In this document: in pieces, positions 13,981 through 24,747 of the stretch
Layout of the letters: the number at the start of each line of letters is the position of its first letter
Numbering within the stretch: the first letter of the stretch is position 1
Origin: Macrostomum lignano
Taxonomy: Eukaryota
Length of the DNA: 43,209 nt
Direction of reading: 5' to 3'
Assembly (NCBI GenBank): GCA_002269645.1
Contig: NIVC01000972.1
Span: forward strand, 1-43,209
Position numbers and translations under genes: made by a program
Notes under the pieces: generated by a model
Database searches by the model: none
What the model saw: the letters and a program-made list of their open reading frames with translations, nothing else
Told to the model about the DNA's origin: nothing

Positions 13981-14938
13981 GCACTCATTTTGGTACCACA
14001 GGCACTCATTTTGGCGCCGCAGGCACTCATTTTGGCGCCGCAGGCACTCATTTTGGCACCGCAGGCACTCATTTTGGTACCACAGGCACTCATTTTGGCA
14101 CCGCAGGCACTCATTTTGGGGCCACAGGCACTCATTTTGGGGCCGCAGGCACTTATTTTGGCGCCGCAGGCACTCATTTTGGCGCCGCAGGCACTCATTT
14201 TGGCGCCGCAGGCACTCATTTCAGCGCTGCAGGCACTCATTTTGGCGCCGCAGGCACTCATTTTGGCGCCGCAGGCACTCATTTTGGCGTCGCAGGCACT
14301 CATTTTGGCGCCGCAGGCACTCATTTTGGCGCCGCAGGCACTCATTTCAGCGCCGCAGGCACTCATTTTGGCGCCGCAGGCACTCATTTTGGCACCGCAG
14401 GCACTCATTTTGGTACCACAGGCACTCATTTTGGGGCCACAGGCACTCATTTCAGCGCCGCAGGCACTCATTTTGGCGCCGCAGGCACTCATTTTGGCGC
14501 CGCAGGCACTCATTTTGGCACCGCAGGCACTCATTTTGGTACCACAGGCACTCATTTTGGGGCCACAGGCACTCATTTTAGCGCCGCAGGCACTCATTTT
14601 GGCGCCGCAGGCACTCATTTTGGCGCCGCAGGCACTCATTTTGGCACCGCAGGCACTCATTTTGGCACCACAGGCACTCATTTTGGGGCCGCAGGCACTT
14701 ATTTTGGCGCCGCAGGCACTCATTTTGGCGCCGCAGGCACTCATTTTGGCGCCGCAGGCACTCATTTTAGCGCCGCAGGCACTCATTTTGGCGCCGCAGG
14801 CACTCATTTTGGCGCCGCAGGCACTCATTTTGGCGCCGCAGGCACTCATTTTGGCGCCGCAGGCACTCATTTTGGCGCCGCAGGCACTCATTTTGGCGCC
14901 GCAGGCACTCATTTCAGCGCCGCAGGCACTCATTTTGT
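13981..14938. repeat. 21-bp minisatellite (gcactcattttggcgccgcag)n, ~45 copies, in the intron of the four-TM gene
   Basis: Tandem units; explains the MSACGAK and LAPQALI pseudo-ORFs. Confidence 0.98.
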
Positions 14939-14939
14939 C

Positions 14940-15066
14940 GCCCTGAAGCAAGATTATTAATTTCCATAACGGGTCACAAGGTTGAGTGGGGGGACAAAGC
15001 ATTGGCCACACATAGCTTTCACTGGGGAGACCTGCCCCCCTGGACCCTCCGGTGGCGACGCCCTTG
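14940..15066 (-). mobile_element. one end of a CAGGGGCGT-type (hAT-like) MITE abutting the 21-bp satellite
   Basis: Minus strand reads caagggcgtcgccaccggagggtccaggggggcagg, typical of invertebrate MITE termini; the partner TIR was not found. Confidence 0.45.
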
Positions 15067-15664
15067 ATCAACAATAATAAATATTGATAATTGTTAATTG
15101 TTTGCTGACTTTTCTCTTCACTAACCAAATGAGTATAATGGGTGTTTAATTAAAAAGTTCCACAAAAACTCTGCCGTTCTTGGTTGCGAGAAAGATTTAT
15201 AATTGCCCCTTGTTTTTCTTTTGCACGATACTACTTATAATAGCATCACTTGCTACTGCTGTAACCTGTAAGTTCATGATTTTTAGGCAAGTACCAAGAA
15301 TTGTTTTGCAGTTTTTGTAGGGGGGGGGGGGTTGCTGATTTCAAAGTTAGTTTTTTTAAAGACCATTAGAAACACTTGTAAACAACATTTGAATTTTAAA
15401 AATTCCTTTTTTGACCAATGGTTTAACCAGTTTTGGGTGTTTTCAGCATCAAATTTTCTCGTAGGAATTCTATATAGCTATCATTGGGTTTAACAATGGG
15501 AATTTCAAACAGGCCATGGGTGCTTAAAACTATTGCCATACCAAACAAAAGATCAATGTCTGACTCTATCACCGCCGCTGTGAACCCTGTGGGAGCTCAG
15601 AAGTCAGCGGAATGGGCAGTCCTGCCTCTGTGCCAGAAGTGACCCACATCGTCGAAGGCCTCAC

Positions 15665-16346
15665 CAAGCAGAATCGCGCACACGGTGGACTGTTTGCTTC
15701 TTGTTCTCTCGCTGGCAAGGTTGCGGCGGCGCAGGGCGGACGACATCGTTCCGGTCGACTTTCCGACCATGTTGGATTTGTCTGTACCACCGGCCGCGGC
15801 GGCCGCTGCGGCTGCGGCTGCTGCTGCTGCTGCTGCAACTGCCGCAGCTGCCACCTCCCTGATGTTGTCAGTGGCTACTCGTGCGACCCGGCCACCTCGA
15901 TTGTCCACCTGCGGCGGTACGTTGTTAATCGGCTGGTACTTCGGTATCATGCTCAGCTGCTGCTGCCGCTGCTGAGACTGTTGGTCCATGGCGTTCAAGT
16001 CGCCGCTCAGGTTGCTCACGTTAGACGAGTCTGCAACCGCAGTTTCTGGGTCATTCTGGCAGCCAATGTTGGCATCAAAGTCTGGCCCGTTCAAGCACTG
16101 CAGCAGCTCGCGCTTTGAAATGATTCGGCCGCAACGAGGCGGTCCAGAAAAGCTGGCCAAGCCGCTGTCCTCCGCTCCAGTCTCGCCGCTGCCGCCGCCG
16201 CCGCCGCCTCCGTCGCTTATCGAAGCCGCTGCAACCTCCAGCGGCGTGGGGGACAGCGGCTCCGGGGCCGGATAATGAACGACGGCTGTGTCGGCGAAGC
16301 GGACATTCAAGTGCGCATTCGAAGGTGCAGGCATTGAGGATTTCAT
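15665..16346 (-). CDS. four-TM protein (TMEM272-like), coding exon 1: low-complexity cytoplasmic N-terminus (polyG, polyQ, polyA) and start of TM1; spliced product 364 aa
   Basis: ATG at 16346 (ORF 15597..16346); donor ctgcttg|gtgagg in phase 1 joins exon 13857 to give a continuous helix STVCAILL-VFLLLILPITMVVG. Confidence 0.8.
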
Positions 16347-16524
16347 TGCCCGCGTCCGTTTTGAAAGAGGAGGTCGTTCTTAATTAACAATTAATGCGAG
16401 ATTCAGACTTTACCGGAATAAGCTCCAGTAACATCAGCTTTCAATCGTAAAGCCTTTGTGACATAGACTAAAATGCTCAGTCAAGTTTGGAAAGAGATTT
16501 TCAAGTCTAGGAATTCTGCATAGG

Positions 16525-16723
<199 letters not shown>

Positions 16724-17002
16724 GCAGAGTTTTTTATGGTTTCTGAAAATCGAGATTCCCCAATTAGGGCTAGATTTGGTGGCTCAGAACTGAAAGTTCG
16801 TGCTATCGCAAAATTATTACATGTAAGTCGCTTGTCATTCCACCCCGCCCTCTCTTTTTCAGTGTTGTCTTATTTATTCAGGAAATTAATGATCGGTTTT
16901 TTAGTTTAATCCAGTGGATAAAGTATTAAAGAACCGCAAAATGAATTGATTTTGAATTTGGAACCAAAATCCATTAGAAAATAACAAATTTGACAACCTT
17001 AC

Positions 17003-17154
17003 CAGCCCAGAAATTTCCGACCAATTCGCGTTAAGAAAATTGCAAATATCCAATCAGAAACGGAACCCGTGGATTCTCGGCTGCCATCATCTCAGACTCG
17101 CATCTTTATTTGCGAAGCATTTCAATTTCTTTGAAGAATTGCGCCGCTTGGCAA
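17003..17154 (-). other. candidate 5' UTR exon of the four-TM gene, preceded by a 36-nt intron (17190-17155)
   Basis: Acceptor attattcttcctgcag| and donor ctg|gtaagg; upstream donor ttca|gtaagt; stops in all frames. Confidence 0.5.
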
Positions 17155-17288
17155 CTGCAGGAAGAATAATTTGAAGAGCCATCAACTTACTGAACACAGC
17201 TAGGTTCTGAATTCCAGAAAGATTGCTTCAAAATACTGGTAATTGATCACTTTTCAGTTGCATTTTTCACTAACAGCCCTAAATTTTA

Positions 17289-17800
17289 CTCACTAGTAGC
17301 CTCAACTCCACCTCACTAATAGCCTCAACTCCACCTCACTAGTAGCCTCAACTCCACTCACTAATAGCCTCAACTCCACCTCACTAGTAGCCTCAACTCC
17401 ACTCACTAATAGCCTCAACTCCACCTCACTAGTAGCCTCAACTCCACCTCACTAATAGCCTCAACTCCACCTCACTAGTAGCCTCAACTCCACTCACTAA
17501 TAGCCTCAACTCCACCTCACTAGTAGCCTCAACTCCACTCACTAATAGCCTCAACTCCACCTCACTAGTAGCCTCAACTCCACTCACTAATAGCCTCAAC
17601 TCCACCTCACTAGTAGCCTCAACTCCACTCACTAATAGCCTCAACTCCACCTCACTAGTAGCCTCAACTCCACTCACTAATAGCCTCAACTCCACCTCAC
17701 TAGTAGCCTCAACTCCACTCACTAATAGCCTCAACTCCACCTCACTAGTAGCCTCAACTCCACTCACTAATAGCCTCAACTGCACTCACTAATAGCCTCA
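17289..17800. repeat. 45-bp higher-order minisatellite of alternating 22-bp (ctcactagtagcctcaactcca) and 23-bp (ctcactaatagcctcaactccac) units
   Basis: Read directly; explains ORF 17438..17785. Confidence 0.95.
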
Positions 17801-18498
17801 CCCTCACCTGTCCCAATCTACGCTCGTAATAGCCCGCTGATTGAGTAGCTATTTCAATGGCTCTACCAGTGTTGATTTTGTCAGTGGAAATATTTCGAAT
17901 CGCAATTTATTTGCTTACCAAGAAAATCAGATCCCTGCAGGTTTAGTTTACCTAGCAAATAAAATTCTGACAGATGAGTATTTCCTAGAAAACATTTTCC
18001 GCTGAAGCTGCGACAGTCATTACTCTTATCTTGAGTCCTCTTAATACTGTCTGACTAGGCATGTAAATTCCGTGATGCTAGAGTACTTCTCTTCACTTGG
18101 GATGGCTCAGGAAATGTGCTCCAATTTTTATGGACATTTCTTCAGATTGACTGTCGGTTTAAGAAAAATTATGCTTAAAATTTCTAAAATTTTGCTTACT
18201 CTCTCTCAAATCTGGGAAAAACGTTGCAAATGGGCAGCTCTCGTCAGGTTTCGTCATGTGCCCCCATCCCGCAAAGCCTTCACTAACCTATCTACTGGTA
18301 TTTCTGGAAATAAAACTACTCAAAGTAGCGCAAAAGCAAATTTGAATTACCTCCTAAACTATGTCCTTACTATAACAACACTTCATTAAATAATTTAAAA
18401 GATTATTTGTCAATGTTTGTGTCCATCATTTTCTGAGTTTGATCAAAAAACCAAGCAATCATTTTTTAGATTGGCACCGAATCATTCCTAGAAATCAG

Positions 18499-19134
18499 AT
18501 GATGAAGTATCCACTGCTTCTGCTGCTGGTAGTTTATGTTCTGCTGGACAATTTTGGTCAATTAGAGAGCGCTCTTGCTTCTAAGCGGGTGTTGGAGCGC
18601 GGTCTTGGAAAGCGAGTGATGTACTCTGGTCTGCTTGGAAAGCGAGAGATGTACTCCGGCCTACTTGGAAAGCGAGAGATGTACTCTGGCCTACTTGGAA
18701 AGCGAGAGATGTACTCCGGCCTGCTTGGAAAGCGAGAGATGTACTCTGGTCTGCTTGGAAAGCGAGAGATGTACTCTGGTTTGCTTGGAAAGCGAGGGAT
18801 GTACTCTGGTCTGCTTGGAAAGCGAGCGATGTACTCCGGCCTGCTTGGAAAGCGAGTGATGTACTCTGGCCTGCTTGGAAAGCGTGCGATGCACTCTGGC
18901 CTACTTGGAAAGCGAGAGATGTACTCTGGCCTGCTTGGAAAGCGTGCGATGCACTCTGGCCTACTTGGAAAGCGAGAGATGTACTCTGGCCTGCTTGGAA
19001 AGCGTGCGATGCACTCTGGCCTACTTGGAAAGCGAGAGATGTACTCTGGCCTGCTTGGAAAGCGAGAGATGTACTCTGGTCTGCTTGGAAAGCGAGAGAT
19101 GTACTCTGGTCTGCTTGGAAAGCGAGAGATGTAG
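18499..19134 (+). CDS. neuropeptide precursor (211 aa): signal peptide, VLERGL-amide and 17 x [E/V/G/A]M[Y/H]SGLL-amide
   Basis: Hydrophobic N-terminus MMKYPLLLLLVVYVLLDNFGQLESALA; every repeat ends G-KR (amidation plus dibasic cleavage); nucleotide differences between the 30-bp units are mostly synonymous (tct/tcc, ggt/ggc, ctg/cta/ttg, cga/cgt). ATG 18499 is preferred over the ORF track's non-ATG start at 18439. Confidence 0.95.
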   Translation: MMKYPLLLLLVVYVLLDNFGQLESALASKRVLERGLGKRVMYSGLLGKREMYSGLLGKREMYSGLLGKREMYSGLLGKREMYSGLLGKREMYSGLLGKRGMYSGLLGKRAMYSGLLGKRVMYSGLLGKRAMHSGLLGKREMYSGLLGKRAMHSGLLGKREMYSGLLGKRAMHSGLLGKREMYSGLLGKREMYSGLLGKREMYSGLLGKREM

Positions 19135-20784
19135 CCTGGTCTGCTCGGAAAAAGACACGAGCGTCAAAACAACAAAATTGAAGGGTCTTTAACAAAATAA
19201 GGACATTTGATTATTGGATGTATTTTACCACCTGATTGAGGAAAGATCTTTTCCCAACCCAATGGACTTATTGAAGTAAGCACATAAAATTGAGCTTCTG
19301 CAATTACAACACATGCACCACTTTCGTGTTGTTATTTAATTTACAAGCTTATAGTTTGCTGACAGGATGAAAAACTGTTCCGACACAGAAACTTTACGCT
19401 CGTAATCACATGCAGATGTTCTAAATTATGGTAAGACAAATGGCTTTATCTACTTGATTCTCAGTATCCCGCCGTAGGGGGTGTTGCAGAACTGAGCTAT
19501 GATGTACATCATCTATACATCTCATTTTCGATTCATGAAACTGCAATCATGAAGCTGATTCATTAAACTCTTGGGATATGCATGCATATATCGTGACCTG
19601 GCTTTCAATGGAAGAATGTGTCCTATGCTGCAGGGGCAGGCGAGCCCCTCATGCTCAATGCCATTCATCAGAAACTGCCAAGGGCTACAATATAATATGG
19701 ATATGCTGTACAAAGCTTAAAGCATATATAGTGCTAAATGAGATTTTGAAGAAATTTGCCATCGAATTGGATTTGTTCGATATACATCACATGTGCGTTA
19801 GATTCTAAAAGTACTATAAACTCAGTGCTCATATGAAATGTTTTATTAACAGTGGATTGCAACTATGTAGCCATAGGAACTGCTGTATGGATAAGGCATC
19901 AATTAAAAATATAATGTGATCGAAGCCATCCTGTTTTACTTTAAACGCCTGTTTGTAACAATGGAGCCCTTAATTAACTTGCCTAAAACCTCATATTTTT
20001 AATCCTCTCGACTCTAAATGTGGTAGTAATTATACATGTATATTACACACTCTCATGTACGTAGCATTTTATACATGCTTAAGGCAAGGGCCGGAATTCG
20101 ACCATTTCAAGAAAACTTGGGACAAAATGCCAATATGAATATCACCTCTTGTCTACTCGTATGTCTTTGTCTATACTGGTCCACAGGAGTCATAAACGGA
20201 CTGTATGGTGAAAGCCGCTTGACCTGAACGTTGTCCGGAATCTACAAGTCTTCGTCGGTGTCGTTAACTTAAAAAAATGTATCTAATCTGCAAAACTCTC
20301 TGTCGAAATAGAATGTAAACTTGTTTGTTTGTAAACTTTTTTTCTTTTGAACTTCAAATCTGCGCGTGCGCGTCACACAGGGACAGTTTCGGCCACAGAC
20401 AGTCTGAATTGGATTTCATCTGTTTCAATTAGATATGGACTTTGCTTGAGTTAAACTTCCACAAGCGCTGAGATTTCTCAAGTGTTTAAGTGCAAGTTCT
20501 GCTTGTTTAATTCTTTTGAACAAGACGTACTTTGGTTCAAAATACATGTAGGAGGTAAAAAAAGTGTTAGTGCCATAATTGCCGCATGAGGGATAGAATG
20601 AGGTGTCTCAATTTGTTTTTCTTGTTATCTGATCTTACGCTTGGTAAACGGAAAAGTTATCGCGGTTTGATAAAGCTTGAACTATGGTTTGAGTTAAAGT
20701 CTGAACATCTTTACATCTGCATATACATGTACATCATTTCACGCCTTTTGCCTCAAGGGCCAGATAGAGAATATGCCGCATTAC

Positions 20785-21085
20785 AAGAGAAGGGGAGAGT
20801 AGAGGGAAAAGACAGGAGAGAGAGAGAGAGAGAGAAGAGAGATACAATAGGAGAAAGGAGAGGCAAGAGAAGGAAAGGGAGGAGAGGCGATCAATACATT
20901 CATGTATACATGTAGGAGAGGAGAGAGGAGAGATCGGAGAGGGGGAGAGAAGAGGAGCAACAACAGAAAAGAGAGGACAGGGGTGAGGAGAGGAGACAAG
21001 AGGAGAGAGTTAAGCAGAGAAAACGATTGGAGGAGAGAAGGGAGAGGATAAGAGAGGACGATTAGAGAGAAGAAAGCTGAGAAGC
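20785..21085 (+). repeat. GA-rich polypurine low-complexity tract
   Basis: Almost only G and A for ~300 bp; its antisense gives the L/S/P-rich pseudo-ORF 20781..21266. Confidence 0.85.
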
Positions 21086-21609
21086 GTTTAAACTTGAAGC
21101 GGGCTGGACCAAAGGGCTGGATATAGAGGCTTCGTGGGATTTGGCACGCGGCGTCGCGGCCTGAGTTTGCTGTTCCCTGATTAAGATGCTTTGGATCTTT
21201 TATTCGTCTTTGATTCACCGAAAAAAAGTAAAACAACAAGTAACGTGCTTCTCTTATACACGCCATGAAAAATAACTTTAACTGTTAAATCTATATTTTT
21301 GGTTTGTATTTTCTGCAGGAATATTACTATATTAAGCATTCTAATGGTAATTGAGTTACCAATTCCTAAAATGTTAAACAGCAGATTTCTTAGACAGTGC
21401 AGCTAACTTTTTACAGAGTTGGTTTTGGTTTTGGCCCTGGCCTTGGGGCTGGTTGAGTCTATAGCGCCATTAGATTTCTCTGTGTTTGTGAAAATTTTAG
21501 GAAGTTTTCAAGTCATTAAATAAGCAAAAAACAACCTGTCACAATAAGCATTTTGGATTTACCTTCAAACTGACTGTTTTTTTACTTTGTAGTTACAGAG
21601 CACTACGAA

Positions 21610-21673
21610 ATGGATCGAATTCGTAATCTGGTGATTGCGTTTGGTTTAGGCCTACTCATGCTGCTATCTCAAG
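21610..21673 (+). CDS. Shisa/CX-like type I membrane protein, coding exon 1 (signal peptide MDRIRNLVIAFGLGLLMLLSQ)
   Basis: Acceptor tttttactttgtag| upstream, ATG at 21610, donor aag|gtacac in phase 1. Confidence 0.75.
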
Positions 21674-23299
21674 GTACACATTCGCGATTTCTATTCAGTT
21701 TTCTTTCGTACCTAATGTAAGTGTCTGTAAAAATATTTACTGAGATATGCATTATATAATAGACAGTTAAAACTATAGCTTTTCATAGATGCACAAAGTG
21801 TCATTGCACCAAAACACTTAAACAATATATCTTTCAATATTTGCTGTAGATGGCTTCATTAGTTTACAAAAAGAATGCCTAGAAATAAATGTTGAGAGTC
21901 CTAGACTATGGAGAAATTGTATTGTTAGTTTTTCTACTTAAATTAATTTGCCACTAACACTTTACTATAGCACTGTATCTGTACTGTAAAGAAAAGATGG
22001 TGCTTTAAATTTTGAAGAACAAAGATTAAGTATTTAATTTAATTACCTTATTCAACCTTAAGAAAAAAGAAAAAAATTATAATAAATTAGGCCTAGAATC
22101 TAGATCTTTTTTATTTATTTAAAACAATTGGTTAGTAATGATTAATCTGAATCTTATAACTGCATTACTTATAATTACTATAATCATTACATTATTCTAG
22201 TTGTTTATAGCAAGAGCAAAATGATTCTAGGGTTTATAAATGCATAGGTTATATATCTATGTGTATTATATATACAACTTTTAACTATAAAATTCTTACA
22301 TAGTTCAATTGTATAAGTTCAAGTGAGACTCTATGGTCTAACATAAGAGCTAGACTCCAGTGTCTAATAACTAGTTTTTCTACCAAACATATGCCTTTTG
22401 TAAATATTTTTGAAATTAAATTTCAGATAAAAACTAGATAAGCATATTTATATCTTGATTTCTAAACTTTTAAGGTTTTAATGTTCACTAATAGATCAAA
22501 TGTATGTTTTGTAGAAAGTTTATTTAAAAACTTTTATAACTGTAACTTTATTTATTTATTATTTATTATCTTTAGAGATTAAAAACATTAAATTAAGCTA
22601 AGCTCTTCAAAGTTTTTTTTTTAATTTCTTTTTTAAATATTCAATAATATAAAATCATATGATTTCAGCATAGACTGAATTCATATAGAACTAATTAAAA
22701 CAATATGGACAACAATAATTTTGTCAGAACTTTTCTTGAATTTCTTGTCTATGGTAATAGTTTGTAGTTTTTTATTTGAAAAGTCTTCTGAATCAAAATT
22801 AAAAAAATTAATCTTTTTTAATCTAGGTTTATGAGCTAGGGTTTTTTGGCACTAAGATGCAAAATTGTATTCATGTCAAATTTCAAGATACAATTTTTTA
22901 AATTAAAGATGCTATAGCATCCCTATTGCAAAAAAACCTAGTTTATGAGTTGAAAATTAGTGAGAAAACAATCAACTTAATGTCCAAGTATGTATAATGT
23001 CCTACAAAGTCTAAATTTATTAGTTTAGTAGAAACTTGATATGCAATATAATGCTTAATTATATATAGCAATCAAAACAGCACACTATTAATATATTTAA
23101 GCCTTGATTCAAGTTCAATTAATGTACAAATAAAATGGTTGTAAAAAAACATTTTCATTATATTATGTTCACATTGTACATTTAGTAAATTTACTATATA
23201 TTCTACTAGCCTACAAATTGAAAATGTAGTTTTTATTGCCTTAAATTAAATATTGCATCTTAATAAACTTGAAAATGTACATCATTTTTTTGTAAACAG

Positions 23300-23486
23300 A
23301 TGCCACTGCAGCCACGAGCTATGTGTCCTCTGATCGGTACTCCAGCAGTTTCTCTTATAGAAGCGATCAAAGCAATCGTTTAAGCTCTTTCCGATCGAAT
23401 ACTCGCTCATATTACACGCCATATAAAAGTGGAGGATTTCGCAAGTCAGACTACATCATGCCAGTTGGCATTCTCCAACGAATGGG
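23300..23486 (+). CDS. Shisa/CX-like protein, coding exon 2 (Ser/Arg/Tyr-rich: DATAATSYVSSDRYSSSFSYRSDQSNRLSSFRSNTRSYYTPYKSGGFRKSDYIMPVGILQRMG)
   Basis: Acceptor ttttttgtaaacag| and donor gg|gtgagt; phase 1 to 2, open; fits both neighbours. Confidence 0.8.
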
Positions 23487-23574
23487 GTGAGTTTATATTG
23501 GTTTTAAATTTTATTCCTTTAGTGATTGCTGATACTTGTGTGCCTACGAGTGCGCCTCGTAGTTTTGAAAAGGA

Positions 23575-24534
23575 ATTAAACTAGTTAGTTCTTTTCACTA
23601 GGCCTATTAAAAGAGCTTTGAATACCCTTTTACTTACCATTCTTTTTAATGAACGTAATTTCCCTTTATGTTTACTATAGCATTTTGCAGCCCATTTGGG
23701 CTAACGCGCATTGAATTTAATCCAAGATACGTTTGCCAGTGTAACGGAGCTTTTGTCTATGGTAGCAAGGCTGGCACAGTAGCATTTAATTTGGTCCAAC
23801 AAGCATTCAGTTTAGTCCATAGCTTCATTTGCAACTGCTGCGGAGGAGCTAGATCAGCCCCAGAATTGTGGACCATATGCTAGGCTGTCAAACGAATGCC
23901 ATTGGCTTGTGATCGAAGCACTTGACAGAGGTGAACACCCAAAGGCTGCTGAATGTAAAAGAAAAGATGGTTTTCAACATCCATCAGCGCGTTGAAAATC
24001 TGCCGGCAGAGATCGCCTGCGAAAGGGTGGCAATCGCCAAGGCAAGTTGCTCGAGAGCCTCAGGTCCAACTGCTGCTCGATGCAGTTGAGACGAACCCTT
24101 TGTTAACGGTGCAGAAAATGCAGCAGAAGTTGAAGGAACAGTTCCAGTTGGTTATCAGAGTTCGGCTATCAGCAGAGCTCTGGAAAAGCGACAGAAAATT
24201 GTCGGTAGAGACGCTGACATTCTAGCGGTACGCAACCACCCGCAGACGGTAGCGAGAAGGCAGGAGTTTGCCAAATGGCTCACGAGTGTTTGGACCAAAT
24301 TGATGCTTGTTGGACCAAATTAAATGCTACTGTGCCAGCCTTGCTACCATAGACAAAAGCTCCGTTACACTGGCAAACGTATCTTGGATTAAATTCAATG
24401 CGCGTTAGCCCAAATGGGCTGCAAAATGCTATAGTAAACATAAAGGGAAATTACGTTCATTAAAAAGAATGGTAAGTAAAAGGGTATTCAAAGCTCTTTT
24501 AATAGGCCTAGTGAAAAGAACTAACTAGTTTAAT
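23575..24534 (+). mobile_element. internally deleted Tc1/IS630-superfamily DNA transposon (960 bp) with 232-bp perfect TIRs
   Basis: 23575-23806 is the reverse complement of 24303-24534; TA/TTAA at both ends. The interior encodes a frameshifted transposase N-terminus: RKGGNRQGKLLE / PQVQLLLDAVETNPLLTVQKMQQKLKEQF / SSAISRALEKR..RNHPQTVARRQEFAKWL. No DDE domain. Confidence 0.85.
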
Positions 24535-24747
24535 ATAAAGCTATATTAGTATTGATAATACTGTTATTCTACTGTAAGTAAATTGCCGAAAAATGATAAC
24601 TGACATGATTTTTTTAATATCAATTATTTTAATATTGCAATGTTTTCGATTTTTGTATATTGCAATGGTCCGGCTTTCTATAAATGCAAATTTACCCTGA
24701 GCGGTTTATTATTTCTTTATCAATAAAACCAAAAATATAATAATAAT

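Noticed and set aside
13920-15128. 402-aa MSACGAK ORF and 336-aa LAPQALI ORF
   Set aside because: 21-bp satellite inside a well-supported intron, open on both strands.
18581-19195. Antisense and alternative-frame ORFs over the neuropeptide repeats
   Set aside because: By-products of a 30-bp coding repeat; only the precursor frame has a signal peptide, processing sites and synonymous variation.
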